From: a candidate division FCPU426 bacterium
GTDB lineage: Bacteria; Oederibacteriota; PGYV01; Palsa-1178
DNA: 64,000 nt
Assembly (NCBI GenBank): GCA_963840035.1
Contig: CAWIXE010000001.1
Location: forward strand, 1,120,001 to 1,184,000
Direction: 5' to 3'
Of this stretch, positions 10,101 through 19,341 are shown piece by piece. Every line of letters starts with the position of its first letter. The first letter of the stretch is position 1. A program made the position numbers and the translations under genes. Under the pieces are notes generated by a model that saw nothing but the letters and a program-made list of their open reading frames with translations, ran no database searches and had not been told where the DNA came from.

Positions 10101-10573
10101 CTATGGCCGTGAGCGGTACAGACCGTTATTTTGAAGCGGCTGTTACCTCAATACCGGCTAATAACAGATACGCGCTGGCATATACACCGCCGGCGATACC
10201 GGTGGTGCCGCATCATTTTGACAACACAAAAATATTCAACCCCGCTGCAGGTCCGGCGAAAATATACTATACGGATGACATAAGCGATTACGGCGCTTTT
10301 GGCGGGAGCGGAAATGTAAAGCTGCGGATATACTCCCTGACGGGGACGCTTGTACGTACCATGGAGTACCAGAATGCCGCGGATTATCCGTTATTCACAT
10401 CATATGACGCGAACCCGCTGAACGCACTCGACCTTATGTATTACGCGGCGTGGGATGGAAAGAACGATAAGGGCGCGCTTGTGAAAAACGGCCTGTATGT
10501 CATAAAGATAGAAAAAACCACCATAACCGGCGTCAAGTCCAGTTCCACCAGGGCTGTCGCGGTTGTAAAGTGA
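7172..10573 (+). CDS. Large secreted Ig-like protein with internal and C-terminal FlgD/T9SS-like domains
   Basis: Likely TTG start at 7172 after GGAGG. Signal peptide, DDGD..ND..GDGIW motif, internal NPSVFNP..WDG, C-terminal IFNP..LRIYSLTGTLVR..WDGKNDKG..GLYVIKI..AVVK. Confidence 0.8.
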   Translation: MKNFSVKKLLVTGIFVVLFATFSAIQVNAAYVISSLDVQVSPAGQTAKIGDYLLFQMAVINASTTYSNVHVVTATATTVVITGSDFPAGSPGNMVLYDDTHTWIVNAYTDITARTVTLDEAPGRKMAGRAVSNYMSLASATFKASDGTLVTGGSPTLDILPALNGIAVFDDGDALKHNDTSGGDGIWNAKYMIREISGKPFETNQLTIRGHYFDGATSFASNDGLQIMSNPAIKVDGVRPVILNIDPNPSVFNPDKQFMQIFYSLTEQSMVKFKILDGATTVREMAATGYSGVNQPITWDGLDNNGDMVIRDRDYDYQFDITDVVGNTGASATGRIKTTSVELENSMFTIDTQYNHQDPESEVAVIAEMTFKLKNATKPNLQNLGFDYTYGETATTHDYMNYPYIKYDFKIYDSAGAQISANSRDTSALDMDQYYMDLNNDRFFACPKFFDGWDITGRVSNTKVPFVYAPVPVVPCNVTNTVIYTEPDGNDSNDWDNTFAVTLNDPTGAGDYTLSMKITHYMSGMTPGNYITAFRGQLVGKELFKTNSKPLEGAVDCTTGTVTSQVKYYYDTYHVAPSFFSSDGFFGDERGYGLCSQNIQSAFIIEQDVVIQPLDKTPPTIVKMSEYPTNGSTVSPGTISKLNPISVTLTDDGVGHGSSNNSKIELYNPSGNKVGGTPSWTGVANDPKSWVLIFTPDADVVVGGVYTVEVTPVDAANNIGPKTVFSFTVYDTLAPIVNNVNVKSSSNGSQNLSGYTDTQINFLVSSVEATLIPAGTSPVDWTASSIRVSGVAGTVAHDNGTNVIRFIPSSTLVDAHYTVIINAVSVAQNGNPANSATYTYTFYITTSGVVYVDISGTDENPTTYMRILTFDPLDSGISENGGVTNLNPATDITVASVASPPPAPTGQTIMGGVVSFSLSGSYSLPAVFDANKCSAILRMHITVTDYNNLLNLGLTSANLKLYVWDGVSWTQITTLTAMAVSGTDRYFEAAVTSIPANNRYALAYTPPAIPVVPHHFDNTKIFNPAAGPAKIYYTDDISDYGAFGGSGNVKLRIYSLTGTLVRTMEYQNAADYPLFTSYDANPLNALDLMYYAAWDGKNDKGALVKNGLYVIKIEKTTITGVKSSSTRAVAVVK

Positions 10574-10580
10574 GGCTGAC

Positions 10581-11579
10581 ATGAAAAAAATAATATTAGC
10601 CTTCGCAGTATCGGCGCTCTTAATCCCGGCTTTCGCGTGGGGCGCTTCAGGCATGTTAGGCGGGGCTTTCACTGACAATGGCATAAGCACAAAGGCAATT
10701 TCCATGGGCGGCGCTTTTACCGCCATTGCAGATGACGGAAACGCGTCATGGTGGAACCCGGCGGGAATGGCGCTTCTTGGCAAGGATAAATCAGTAAGCA
10801 TCACATATGTCCCGGATTATTTCGGGACAGGCCCGGCTTTTAAGCTTTCCGACATATTGGTAAGCTACGCCCAGGGCGACAACCAAGGCTGGGGCGCTTT
10901 GGGAGGCACGGTCAGGTACTTAAGCGCGGGGCTCGGAGCGGATTACGCGGGCGATACCGAATACAAATGGAACGAATACACCATACTTGTCTCATGGGCG
11001 ATGCAGATCGAGAAATATTTCGGCCTGCCAAAATATTCATACCCGAAAATAGCCGCGGGTGTTAATGTCAAATACGTCGGCGCGAATACTGACATGATTT
11101 TGGGCGGCGCGGAAGTTTCCGCGTCAGGAATAGGCGTTGACGCGGGATTAATGGTGGCATTAAAGGATAATTTCAAGATCGGAATTATGGGCAAAAATTT
11201 ATTCACGCAGGTTACCTGGAACGGCGGTTCAAAGGAAACAGTTCCTTATTCCATAAACGCGGGAGTATTTTACGGCATAACAAATGACCTTGCCGTATCA
11301 GTGGAAGTAAAAACTGACCAGGATTATCAGGGCGCGCCCGCGGTTTCGGCGTATTGCGGAGGGGCTGAGTACCGCCTCACATTCGGAAAAACAGCCCAGG
11401 TACAGGCGGCTTTCATCAGGGCAGGCTTACAGATGGACCCTAACACAAACACATATATCATATCAGGCGGTACGGCCATTGTTATGGATACTTTCTCGCT
11501 GGATTACGCTTATCAGCAGTTCCTCCAGTCCGGCCTGTCGAATAATAACCACAGGCTCGGCCTGACAATGAACTTCTAA
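10581..11579 (+). CDS. PorV/PorQ-like (UPF0164-type) outer-membrane beta-barrel
   Basis: Signal peptide, STKAISMGGAFTAIADDGNASWWNPAGMA signature, C-terminal HRLGLTMNF. Confidence 0.82.
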   Translation: MKKIILAFAVSALLIPAFAWGASGMLGGAFTDNGISTKAISMGGAFTAIADDGNASWWNPAGMALLGKDKSVSITYVPDYFGTGPAFKLSDILVSYAQGDNQGWGALGGTVRYLSAGLGADYAGDTEYKWNEYTILVSWAMQIEKYFGLPKYSYPKIAAGVNVKYVGANTDMILGGAEVSASGIGVDAGLMVALKDNFKIGIMGKNLFTQVTWNGGSKETVPYSINAGVFYGITNDLAVSVEVKTDQDYQGAPAVSAYCGGAEYRLTFGKTAQVQAAFIRAGLQMDPNTNTYIISGGTAIVMDTFSLDYAYQQFLQSGLSNNNHRLGLTMNF

Positions 11580-11611
11580 ACACCGCATAAACCCCGGGGG
11601 CTAAAAAAGAG

Positions 11612-13876
11612 ATGAACATAAAAGACCTGCTTCATACCATGATAGACAAAAAAGCGTCTGACATGCACCTTAAGGAAGGCAGGCCGCCGCTTCTGCGCGT
11701 GGACGGCCGCATAACCCCGCTCGACATGGAGATACTCTCGCGCGCGGACATGAAGGAAATGATTTACGCACTGATGGATGAAAAGCAGAGGAAGAAATTT
11801 GAGGAAACAAACGAGATGGACCTGGCCTATAATCTCGAGGGAGTGGCCCGCTTCAGGGCGAACGCCTTCCAGCAGATGGGCAAGTTCGAGGTCGTCCTGC
11901 GCGCGATTCCGATTAAGATACCTTCCATAGAAGAAATGAACCTTCCGCCTGTTTTAACCGAAATTTCCCTTTTTACCAGGGGACTTGTGCTTGTGACCGG
12001 GACCACGGGAAGCGGAAAATCCACCACTTTAGCCTCCATGATAAACAAAGTAAACGAAACCTACCAGCACCACATAGTCACCATAGAGGACCCCATCGAA
12101 TTTGTTCACGCCGACAAGAAATGCAGCGTGTCGCAGAGGGAAGTGGGGCTCGACACCGAGAATTTTAAGTCCGCCCTGAAATATGTATTAAGGCAGGACC
12201 CTGACGTCATATTAATCGGCGAAATGAGGGATGCCGAAACTGTGGGCATAGCGGTATCAGCCGCGGAAACAGGCCACATGGTTTTCTCCACGCTTCATAC
12301 CATGGACACCATACAGACCCTCTCAAGGATACTGGATTTTTTCCCCAAGGAACAGCAGGCTCAGGTCAGGATACAGCTGGCAGGCGCGTTAAAGGCCGTG
12401 GTATCCTTAAGGCTTATAGTAAAAGCGGACGGAACCGGCAGGGTGCCCGCGGTTGAAGTGCTTGTGGTCACCAATACGGTCAAGGGATACATGGAAGAGG
12501 GAAAATTGGGGTCAATAAAAGACCTGATAAAGGACGGCGGCCAGGTAGGCATGCAGACATTTGACCAATCGCTTATTGCGCTTTATAAAAAGGGCCTTAT
12601 TACAATTGAAGAAGCCAAGAAAAACTCCACTTCACCGCAGGAAATCGAGCTCATGTTAAAGGGCATAACTTCAAGCAGGAGTTCGGCGCAGTCCATACTT
12701 GACAACATGTTAAAAGAGCAGGTCCGCAAGGAATATACTTCGGATATAAGGGCGGCAAAGGACGCTGCTAACGCGGGAAAAATTAAAGAAGCCTTTACCA
12801 TGTTTGAAAAGCTGCGCGAGAAATACCCCGAAGATAAGGAAATAGCGGAAAATCTTGAAGCAACAAGGAAGAAACTTAACAACGACCAGTGGCAGCAGAA
12901 CGTAAAGAATACAATTATGGAAGGGCTTAATATATATAAGAAAGGCAATATAAAAGGGGCCATAGTAAAATGGCAGGAGGGCTTGACCCTTGACCCCGAG
13001 AACGCGCAGATAAAGTCCTACATAAAAAGCGCCGAGGAAAAAATTAACCAGATGAACAACCTGCCGGCCATACTGGCGCAGGGAGTGGAGATATATAAAA
13101 CCGGAAAGATAGACGACGCCATAGCCAAGTGGAGGGAAGTGCTTGTTTTTGACCCGGGCAATACGCAGGCCAAGTCTTACATAGACGGCGCTGAGCAGAA
13201 AATGAAGGAGTTCAAGCTTAAAAAGGAAATAGACAACCTGGTCAAATGGGGCTCTGATGAGATGAACGGCGGAAACCTGCTTGAGGCGCTGCTGTACTTT
13301 AAAAGGGCGCTCGCGCTTAAGCCGGAGGCCCCTGAGCTTAAAAAATCCATGGATGAATCATACGCAAAACTCTTAAAAGAGGATTTCGGCAATGACGTTG
13401 AGGCAGCGATAACGGCCGAGGCGTTTAAAAAAGGCGTGGACAGCCTGCTCGAGGAAGATTATTTCGCGACCTTAAAGGAATGGAAAAAAGCCATTGAAAA
13501 AAGGCCGCTTGAGAAAAAACTTAAGGACTACATAGAAAAGGTAAAGAAAATACTTAAAAACAGGCTCGAGGGCCTTATGGAAAAGACAGACGACTCTTAC
13601 AGGAACAAACGTATTTTAGAGGTTGTGGATAACATAAATAAGATCCTGCATATAGACCCGACCAACGATTTTGCCCTAAAGTACTTAAGGGATGTTAAGC
13701 CCCTCGTGGAAGAGGAAACCCAGCGTATTTATTCCGAAGCCATGGCGCTGCTTGCCGACAGCAAGCTGCCTGAATGCAGGGAAAAGCTCCTGCTTGTCAT
13801 GAAGATTGACCCGAACCACTTGACCGCGAAGAAAAGGCTTGAAGAAGTAAACGAGAGGCTTTCCAGTCAAAGATAA
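11612..13876 (+). CDS. pilT: PilT/PilU-family ATPase with a C-terminal TPR array
   Basis: ASDMHL, Walker A GTTGSGKST, TIEDPIE, LRQDPDVILIGEMRD, ETGHMVFSTLHT, GMQTFDQ, then about 400 aa of TPR-like repeats (LDPEN, FDPGN, IDPTN, IDPNH). Confidence 0.9.
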   Translation: MNIKDLLHTMIDKKASDMHLKEGRPPLLRVDGRITPLDMEILSRADMKEMIYALMDEKQRKKFEETNEMDLAYNLEGVARFRANAFQQMGKFEVVLRAIPIKIPSIEEMNLPPVLTEISLFTRGLVLVTGTTGSGKSTTLASMINKVNETYQHHIVTIEDPIEFVHADKKCSVSQREVGLDTENFKSALKYVLRQDPDVILIGEMRDAETVGIAVSAAETGHMVFSTLHTMDTIQTLSRILDFFPKEQQAQVRIQLAGALKAVVSLRLIVKADGTGRVPAVEVLVVTNTVKGYMEEGKLGSIKDLIKDGGQVGMQTFDQSLIALYKKGLITIEEAKKNSTSPQEIELMLKGITSSRSSAQSILDNMLKEQVRKEYTSDIRAAKDAANAGKIKEAFTMFEKLREKYPEDKEIAENLEATRKKLNNDQWQQNVKNTIMEGLNIYKKGNIKGAIVKWQEGLTLDPENAQIKSYIKSAEEKINQMNNLPAILAQGVEIYKTGKIDDAIAKWREVLVFDPGNTQAKSYIDGAEQKMKEFKLKKEIDNLVKWGSDEMNGGNLLEALLYFKRALALKPEAPELKKSMDESYAKLLKEDFGNDVEAAITAEAFKKGVDSLLEEDYFATLKEWKKAIEKRPLEKKLKDYIEKVKKILKNRLEGLMEKTDDSYRNKRILEVVDNINKILHIDPTNDFALKYLRDVKPLVEEETQRIYSEAMALLADSKLPECREKLLLVMKIDPNHLTAKKRLEEVNERLSSQR

Positions 13877-14542
13877 ATGAAAAAAATAATATTTTTCATA
13901 CTGACATTCATAGTGATCCTGCTGTCATTATCCGCTACCATAGAGATTGTCAGGATGATGCGCGAATTTTCTGTTAAGACCCCTGACGAGCTCGCTTTCA
14001 TGATTGGTTTTGTCGTTTACCTGCTGGTGCACTTCCTGCTTTATAAACCCGTATTCGCCCACGTAATGGCGCATGAGTTAACCCACATGCTGTGGGCGTC
14101 GCTTTTTGGCGGAAAGACAAAGGAACTGCGGGTGTCAAAGGAAGGCGGAAGGGTTTTAATATCCAAATCAAACTTCATGATATCCCTCGCACCCTATTTT
14201 TTTCCGCTCTACGCGCTTATCGGTACGCTGATATACTATATAGCGCGCGACGAGTTCAGGATGTATGTGGCGTTTTTGGTGGGAGTGGCGCTTTCATTCC
14301 ACATAGCCCTGACGCTTTTTTCCCTGATGACCAGGCAGGACGACCTGCATGAGGATTCAAACATAGTCTTTTCGCTGGCGTTTGTGCTTCTTATGAACAT
14401 ACTGGTTATTGCATTTATTCTTGCAGTGGTGTCAGGTAAGATAAATTATATAGTTTTTTTAAGGGATGTGCTATTCGGCTGCTGGCATATTATTAAATGG
14501 GCCGGGCTGTTTGTTCATAACCTCGGAAGAGTGGGGAATTAA
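13877..14542 (+). CDS. Membrane metallopeptidase, M50B-like
   Basis: HELTH (HExxH), ISLAPYFFPL, multiple TM segments, downstream QDD. Confidence 0.72.
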   Translation: MKKIIFFILTFIVILLSLSATIEIVRMMREFSVKTPDELAFMIGFVVYLLVHFLLYKPVFAHVMAHELTHMLWASLFGGKTKELRVSKEGGRVLISKSNFMISLAPYFFPLYALIGTLIYYIARDEFRMYVAFLVGVALSFHIALTLFSLMTRQDDLHEDSNIVFSLAFVLLMNILVIAFILAVVSGKINYIVFLRDVLFGCWHIIKWAGLFVHNLGRVGN

Positions 14543-14636
14543 TAAGGTTGTGAAAAATATCATTTCGATAACGAGATACTTCTATGACGGCTTCCTCTGA
14601 TATCCTTGTCTTCTGTTTGCGTAAGGGAAATTTTTC

Positions 14637-14665
14637 TTGAATGAGTGCTTTTTTGTTGGTATAAT
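14637..14665 (+). promoter_or_regulatory. Putative sigma70 promoter of hicBA
   Basis: TTGAAT-N17-TATAAT with extended -10 TG. Confidence 0.65.
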
Positions 14666-14690
14666 AAGAAAAATGTATTGGAGGTATTAT

Positions 14691-14915
14691 ATGACTTATA
14701 AGGTTAATGTTGTAATAGAAAAAGATGATTTTGGTTACTTTGCATATGTTCCGGATTTAAAAGGTTGTCATACGCAAGGCGAAAACCTTGAAGAGGTTAT
14801 GAAAAACATAAAAGAAGCCATAGAATTATATGTTGAAACTCTATCAAAAAAAGAAAGAAAACAAATATCAAGCAAAGAAATTCTTACAACTTCCCTCGAG
14901 ATTGCCGTTGGTTAA
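14691..14915 (+). CDS. hicB: HicB-family antitoxin (short form)
   Basis: ATG 14691 after GGAGG; VPDLKGCHTQGENLEEVMKNIKEAIELY. Confidence 0.9.
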   Translation: MTYKVNVVIEKDDFGYFAYVPDLKGCHTQGENLEEVMKNIKEAIELYVETLSKKERKQISSKEILTTSLEIAVG

Positions 14916-15120
14916 GCAAGACAGACTAACAGCAAAAGAAGCTGAAAAACTTTTAATTTCCGGTGGTTTTGTTTTTTTAAGGCAAAAAGGCAGTCACAGG
15001 ATATATTTAAAAGGTACTTATCGTGTTGTCCTTCCGTTTCATTCCGGTAAAATACTGCATCCAAAAATACTTAAACAAGTGTTTTCAGCTATTGAAGAGA
15101 CAAACGATAAAATCAACTGA
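14908..15120 (+). CDS. hicA: HicA-family mRNA interferase toxin
   Basis: Probable TTG start overlapping the hicB end; GFVFLRQKGSH, VVLPFH, L..KILKQV. Confidence 0.88.
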   Translation: MVKQDRLTAKEAEKLLISGGFVFLRQKGSHRIYLKGTYRVVLPFHSGKILHPKILKQVFSAIEETNDKIN

Positions 15121-15231
15121 TTTGTTACTGCCGTAATATAAGGGGCCAGGAAATGATAAAATCGATCGAAACAATGACGTGCTATTATACGACATACTTC
15201 TACGACGGTCCATTACGGGCATAGTGCGGGT

Positions 15232-15275
15232 ATACAACAAAAAAGGCGGCCTTTCGGCCGCCTTTTTTGTTGTAT
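15232..15275. terminator. Bidirectional intrinsic terminator
   Basis: Perfect 20-bp stem atacaacaaaaaaggcggcc-tttc-ggccgccttttttgttgtat between convergent genes. Confidence 0.88.
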
Positions 15276-15282
15276 CAATATT

Positions 15283-16974
15283 TTACCACTCCAGCTTTTG
15301 TTTCTGTAATTCCATATATTCCTTCGTTATTTTTTCCAGATAATCCTTGGCTTCCTTATTTTCCGGGTCGGCTTTTAAGTACTCGCGCCATAAGCCTATG
15401 GACTTTTCAAACTCGCCCTTTGAATACTGGACGACAGCGCTGTTATACAGGTCCTGCAGTTTTTTATCCCTGTCAAACTTTTCCTGGTTTACGGCCTGCT
15501 CCTTTTTCTTTACCTTTGCCTGGGCGCTCTGTATGTAGCTGTATACCATCCTCTGCAGGGGAGAGGCTTTTATAACCTGGTTCCATTCCTCTATTGATTT
15601 CTCGTAGTTGCCGGCCGCGTAATTGTTAAGGCCCGCCTCAAAGTGAAGCTTAATGGCGGTCTTATTGCCTTCCTGGACGGAAAGGTTCTTCTCGCCGAGC
15701 GTCATTATCATTTCCTGCGCGCGCTTAAATTTGTCTTTTGCCTGTGTGTTTTCCGGGTCTATATCGAGCGCTGTCTTTAAGCTTACCATGGCGTCGATGT
15801 ACGCGTCCTGCTTCATGAAAAGGTCGGCCTCGGCGAGCGCGTTTTTAACCCGCCCGGTATTGATGAAGTTTGTAATCTCATGCGATTTGTCCATGAACCA
15901 CGGGTCATCCGGGGCCCAGATAAGCGCTTTATCAACGGCTATTTTAGCTCCGTCATAATCCCCGGATTTAATCGAGTCGGTGATTTCCTGCTCGAATTTG
16001 GCGACCGTTTCGCGTTTTATTTTTTCTACGAGCTCGTATTTGGCTTTTGCCTCTTTTGACTTGAACTGTGACTCTATCAGGCGTATGTTGTCGCCGAAGC
16101 TGTAGGCAACGGAAAACCTGTGTATTAATCCAAGAGGTTTTCCCGTGAGCGCGTAATTAAGCTCTATGTTGTTGTACTTAACTCCTGCGCCCGCCGCGAA
16201 TCCGTCCCGGCATATGCCGCCGCGCAGTGAAAAAATTTCATAAAGCGAATACTCGGCCCCGGCGCGCCAGGATATGTCTTTTGAGAATTCCTCCATGCCG
16301 GCGCCTGCCGATATTTTTAGCAGGTCCTTTATTTCCTTTACGAAGCTGAAAGTAATTCCCGCGTCAGCCGAGGCGTTCAGCGGGATGATATCAGACTCGC
16401 CCGATGTGTATTTGAATTCAGTCCTTATGATATTCCCGGCCTCTAAAGAGGCGCTTATATTATACGGAAGGGATAAAAGCACCCCTAAACCGGCGTCAAA
16501 TGCCCCGGCTCTTTCAGTGTAGAAATTGTGGTAAGTGTAACCTGCCGATACACCGACGCTTAAGAACGGAAAAAGAGAGACGCCGTATGCCAGGTTAAAA
16601 CCTGAAACTGAATCGCTGAAAGTGCCGATGAGCTGGTTGTCCTGGTCCCGCTCATCTATGGACTCGGTGTTCATCATGAGCACTGTGGCCGCGAAGGTGC
16701 CTTTTTCAAGAAGCGGAAGAGCGTAGGAGGCGGAGCTGAACAGGGACCCTTCAAATAAGTTGTAATATACCAGGGATAATTCCTGCATAGGGACAAGGCC
16801 CAAACCCGCGGGATTTATCATGGCCGAGGCGGATTCGGCCGCGAACGGGGCTGAAGCGCCTGCCATTCCGGAATCTTTAATGCTGATGCCTTTTAGAAAA
16901 TTTAAATTACCCGCGAATACAAAGGCCGGGAGAACCGCGGTTAATACTGCTGCTGTTAAGATGGATTTTTTCAT
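15283..16974 (-). CDS. PorV/PorQ-like beta-barrel fused to C-terminal TPRs
   Basis: Signal peptide, GISIKDSGMAGA..INPAGL, barrel end HRFSVAYSFG, then TPR repeats (IDPEN, ADPEN). Confidence 0.78.
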   Translation of the reverse strand: MKKSILTAAVLTAVLPAFVFAGNLNFLKGISIKDSGMAGASAPFAAESASAMINPAGLGLVPMQELSLVYYNLFEGSLFSSASYALPLLEKGTFAATVLMMNTESIDERDQDNQLIGTFSDSVSGFNLAYGVSLFPFLSVGVSAGYTYHNFYTERAGAFDAGLGVLLSLPYNISASLEAGNIIRTEFKYTSGESDIIPLNASADAGITFSFVKEIKDLLKISAGAGMEEFSKDISWRAGAEYSLYEIFSLRGGICRDGFAAGAGVKYNNIELNYALTGKPLGLIHRFSVAYSFGDNIRLIESQFKSKEAKAKYELVEKIKRETVAKFEQEITDSIKSGDYDGAKIAVDKALIWAPDDPWFMDKSHEITNFINTGRVKNALAEADLFMKQDAYIDAMVSLKTALDIDPENTQAKDKFKRAQEMIMTLGEKNLSVQEGNKTAIKLHFEAGLNNYAAGNYEKSIEEWNQVIKASPLQRMVYSYIQSAQAKVKKKEQAVNQEKFDRDKKLQDLYNSAVVQYSKGEFEKSIGLWREYLKADPENKEAKDYLEKITKEYMELQKQKLEW

Positions 16975-16983
16975 CGCGTCTCC

Positions 16984-19341
16984 TTATTTCACAAACGTTA
17001 TTTTTTTAACTGATTTTTTCTCGCTGCCCGAATCGGGTTTTATCACAATTTGCGCCAGATAGGTACCCGCCATGACTGTCCTGCCCGAGCTGTTTTTTCC
17101 GTCCCAGCTGTCATCGCTGTGCGAGCCCTGCGCCTTTGAAGCGCCGTCTACAACCGTGGCTATGAGCGCGCCGGTCAAGTCATATATTTTAATGGTGACC
17201 TTTGAGGTGCTGTCCAGGTAGTACGCGAACTTTGCCGGGGTGCCGGGCCTGAAAGGGTTCGGATAACCGGAAAAGGAAGAGGCTGAAGACTCGGAGGCGA
17301 TGAAGCCCGTGCCCGAGGACATGGGGAAAGAGTCGCCGGTTAAGGCGGATATGTAGATCTCCCTGTTCGGGTCCGTGTCCTGATTGGCTGATACCATGGA
17401 TGCCGAGTCAAGGACAAGCTGAAGGGATTTTACCTGCGGCGCGCCTGATAGGGCCGCGGTTATTGTGACGGATTCGGATGTATTAGCCGATGAAAGTAAA
17501 AGCGGAGAAGGGAATTCCAGGTAAATCAGCCCGCCTGCGGGCATTGATGTGACATCCAGTGTCCAGTATTGCGAAGTTACTGACAGGGAGGAAAGCACAG
17601 ACGATGCGTTAACAGCTGTGCCTGCAGAATCCCTGGAAGTTATGGTGACTCCGTGGATGAGGATGTTGCTTGAACCCCCGCCAAAGAGCATCGGGGAAGT
17701 GAAGGCCAAAACCGCAGCCTGAATGGAAGACTGCGATTTATAAATGTTCTTCGGCATGGCCGCTATGTGGTTTACCTTAAATGAGCTCGTAAGCAGCGCC
17801 AGATTGGAATTAAACGGCAGGGAGGAAGCGGACGCGGCAGGGACAGAGATAAAGGAGTTCTTGTCCCTCGCCTGGATTTCTGTCAGGGCTTCGATGCTTA
17901 TACTGAAATTATTCGCGATTGCGGCAGCGGCTATATCGGCTTTGATGGTGACTTTGTTATAGGAAGCTGGCGCGATGGATACCGGGTTGGCAAGCGGTAT
18001 GGTAATGGTGGAACCGGACGTTTCAAGCGTTGAGGAGGTCTTAAAGCCGTATGTGGCGTCACCTGAAGGGCTTACGAGGGATATCTTTGAAAATATGTCC
18101 TTCGGAACTATGGGATTGCCTAAGCTGTCTTTGACATGGATCCTTATGCTTGTCACCTCTATGTATGCTGAAGACGCGTCGCCGGGATTGGTAAGGGTGA
18201 GCACGGAGAGCGTGTTGTTTGTCTGGCCCTTGTTTATATTCGGCGGCATATATGTACCGTCAAAATCCACGTTTAACTGGGTGGCTTTCTTTTTGATGGC
18301 GGCGAATGTTGACTGAAGCGGAAAAGAGTCATATGGCGCAGGGTTAACAGGGCATGGTTTGCCTGTATAGGCGTCTATGGAATCAACGTCAGCCCCGGAT
18401 TCAAGGGTTATGGCAAAAGACTCATCGGCGGATGAAGGGTTGTCAGTAATCTTTATAACGACATTCGCGGTAACCGTTGTATTTGCTGGTATGTTTATAT
18501 TCACGGGTATCCGGATAGGTCTTACGTCGGATGGAAGGTAGGTCCCGGATATCTCGCCGTAAATGATGCCCTGGTCCTGATCCTGGATTTTTATTGAACT
18601 GATTATTTCATCGGGGACCTGGGAGGAATCCACTGTAATGGTAATGGAGTTGATCTGTACCGGGGCGGAATCAGTGCCTGAGTTATTTGTGAAGAAAAGT
18701 TTGCCCGCGATAATGTTGTCCTGCCCGGTGGATACAAATGACTGCATGTTACCGCCGGAGTGGTATATTTCAAGGTTGTTCGCGGCGGTGCTGGATGTGA
18801 CATACAGCGATGGCGGCGACGGGGGTTCGTTGACTGTGACAAAACCGGGTTTGTTTAAGAACTCGGCCGAGACAGTCTGCATCTGAATTATTCCGAAATC
18901 AGGAAAGCCCTGGATATCAGCCGTGACCCAGATACCGTCGCCTTCCGCCACAGGCTGCGCAATGGTACCCGTAGTCCACTGTGTGGCGCCGGATGAAAGT
19001 GACATGGCTGTAATGAATGATGTTGTGGAACCTGCCGGGTTAAATACGGGTGAATCAGGGGATACAATCCAAACTTTAACACCGCCCGCAACGATTGAAG
19101 CCGGCTGGCCGGCCATTAAACCGTATCCAAGGGAATTAAGCGTGTTCTTAACGGTAAGGGCCGTCATTGTGTCGGTGCCGTGGACTGTAAAATGAAAAAC
19201 CGGGTTGTTGGCAGTCGCGGCCTCAAGATACTGGTTCTCAAAACCTGTATTAAACACTGAGATGGAAGCAAGTGCTGAGAATAAATGGGGTGTAAATAAA
19301 AGAAATAGAAATAAAGGTAATAAAATTTTTTTGATTTTCAT
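16984..19341 (-). CDS. Large secreted beta-rich protein with FlgD/T9SS-like C-terminal domain
   Basis: ATG at 19341 with AGGAG RBS; signal peptide; C-terminal YPNPF..VTIKIYDLTG..WDGKN..GTYL..KKITFVK. Confidence 0.82.
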   Translation of the reverse strand: MKIKKILLPLFLFLLFTPHLFSALASISVFNTGFENQYLEAATANNPVFHFTVHGTDTMTALTVKNTLNSLGYGLMAGQPASIVAGGVKVWIVSPDSPVFNPAGSTTSFITAMSLSSGATQWTTGTIAQPVAEGDGIWVTADIQGFPDFGIIQMQTVSAEFLNKPGFVTVNEPPSPPSLYVTSSTAANNLEIYHSGGNMQSFVSTGQDNIIAGKLFFTNNSGTDSAPVQINSITITVDSSQVPDEIISSIKIQDQDQGIIYGEISGTYLPSDVRPIRIPVNINIPANTTVTANVVIKITDNPSSADESFAITLESGADVDSIDAYTGKPCPVNPAPYDSFPLQSTFAAIKKKATQLNVDFDGTYMPPNINKGQTNNTLSVLTLTNPGDASSAYIEVTSIRIHVKDSLGNPIVPKDIFSKISLVSPSGDATYGFKTSSTLETSGSTITIPLANPVSIAPASYNKVTIKADIAAAAIANNFSISIEALTEIQARDKNSFISVPAASASSLPFNSNLALLTSSFKVNHIAAMPKNIYKSQSSIQAAVLAFTSPMLFGGGSSNILIHGVTITSRDSAGTAVNASSVLSSLSVTSQYWTLDVTSMPAGGLIYLEFPSPLLLSSANTSESVTITAALSGAPQVKSLQLVLDSASMVSANQDTDPNREIYISALTGDSFPMSSGTGFIASESSASSFSGYPNPFRPGTPAKFAYYLDSTSKVTIKIYDLTGALIATVVDGASKAQGSHSDDSWDGKNSSGRTVMAGTYLAQIVIKPDSGSEKKSVKKITFVK

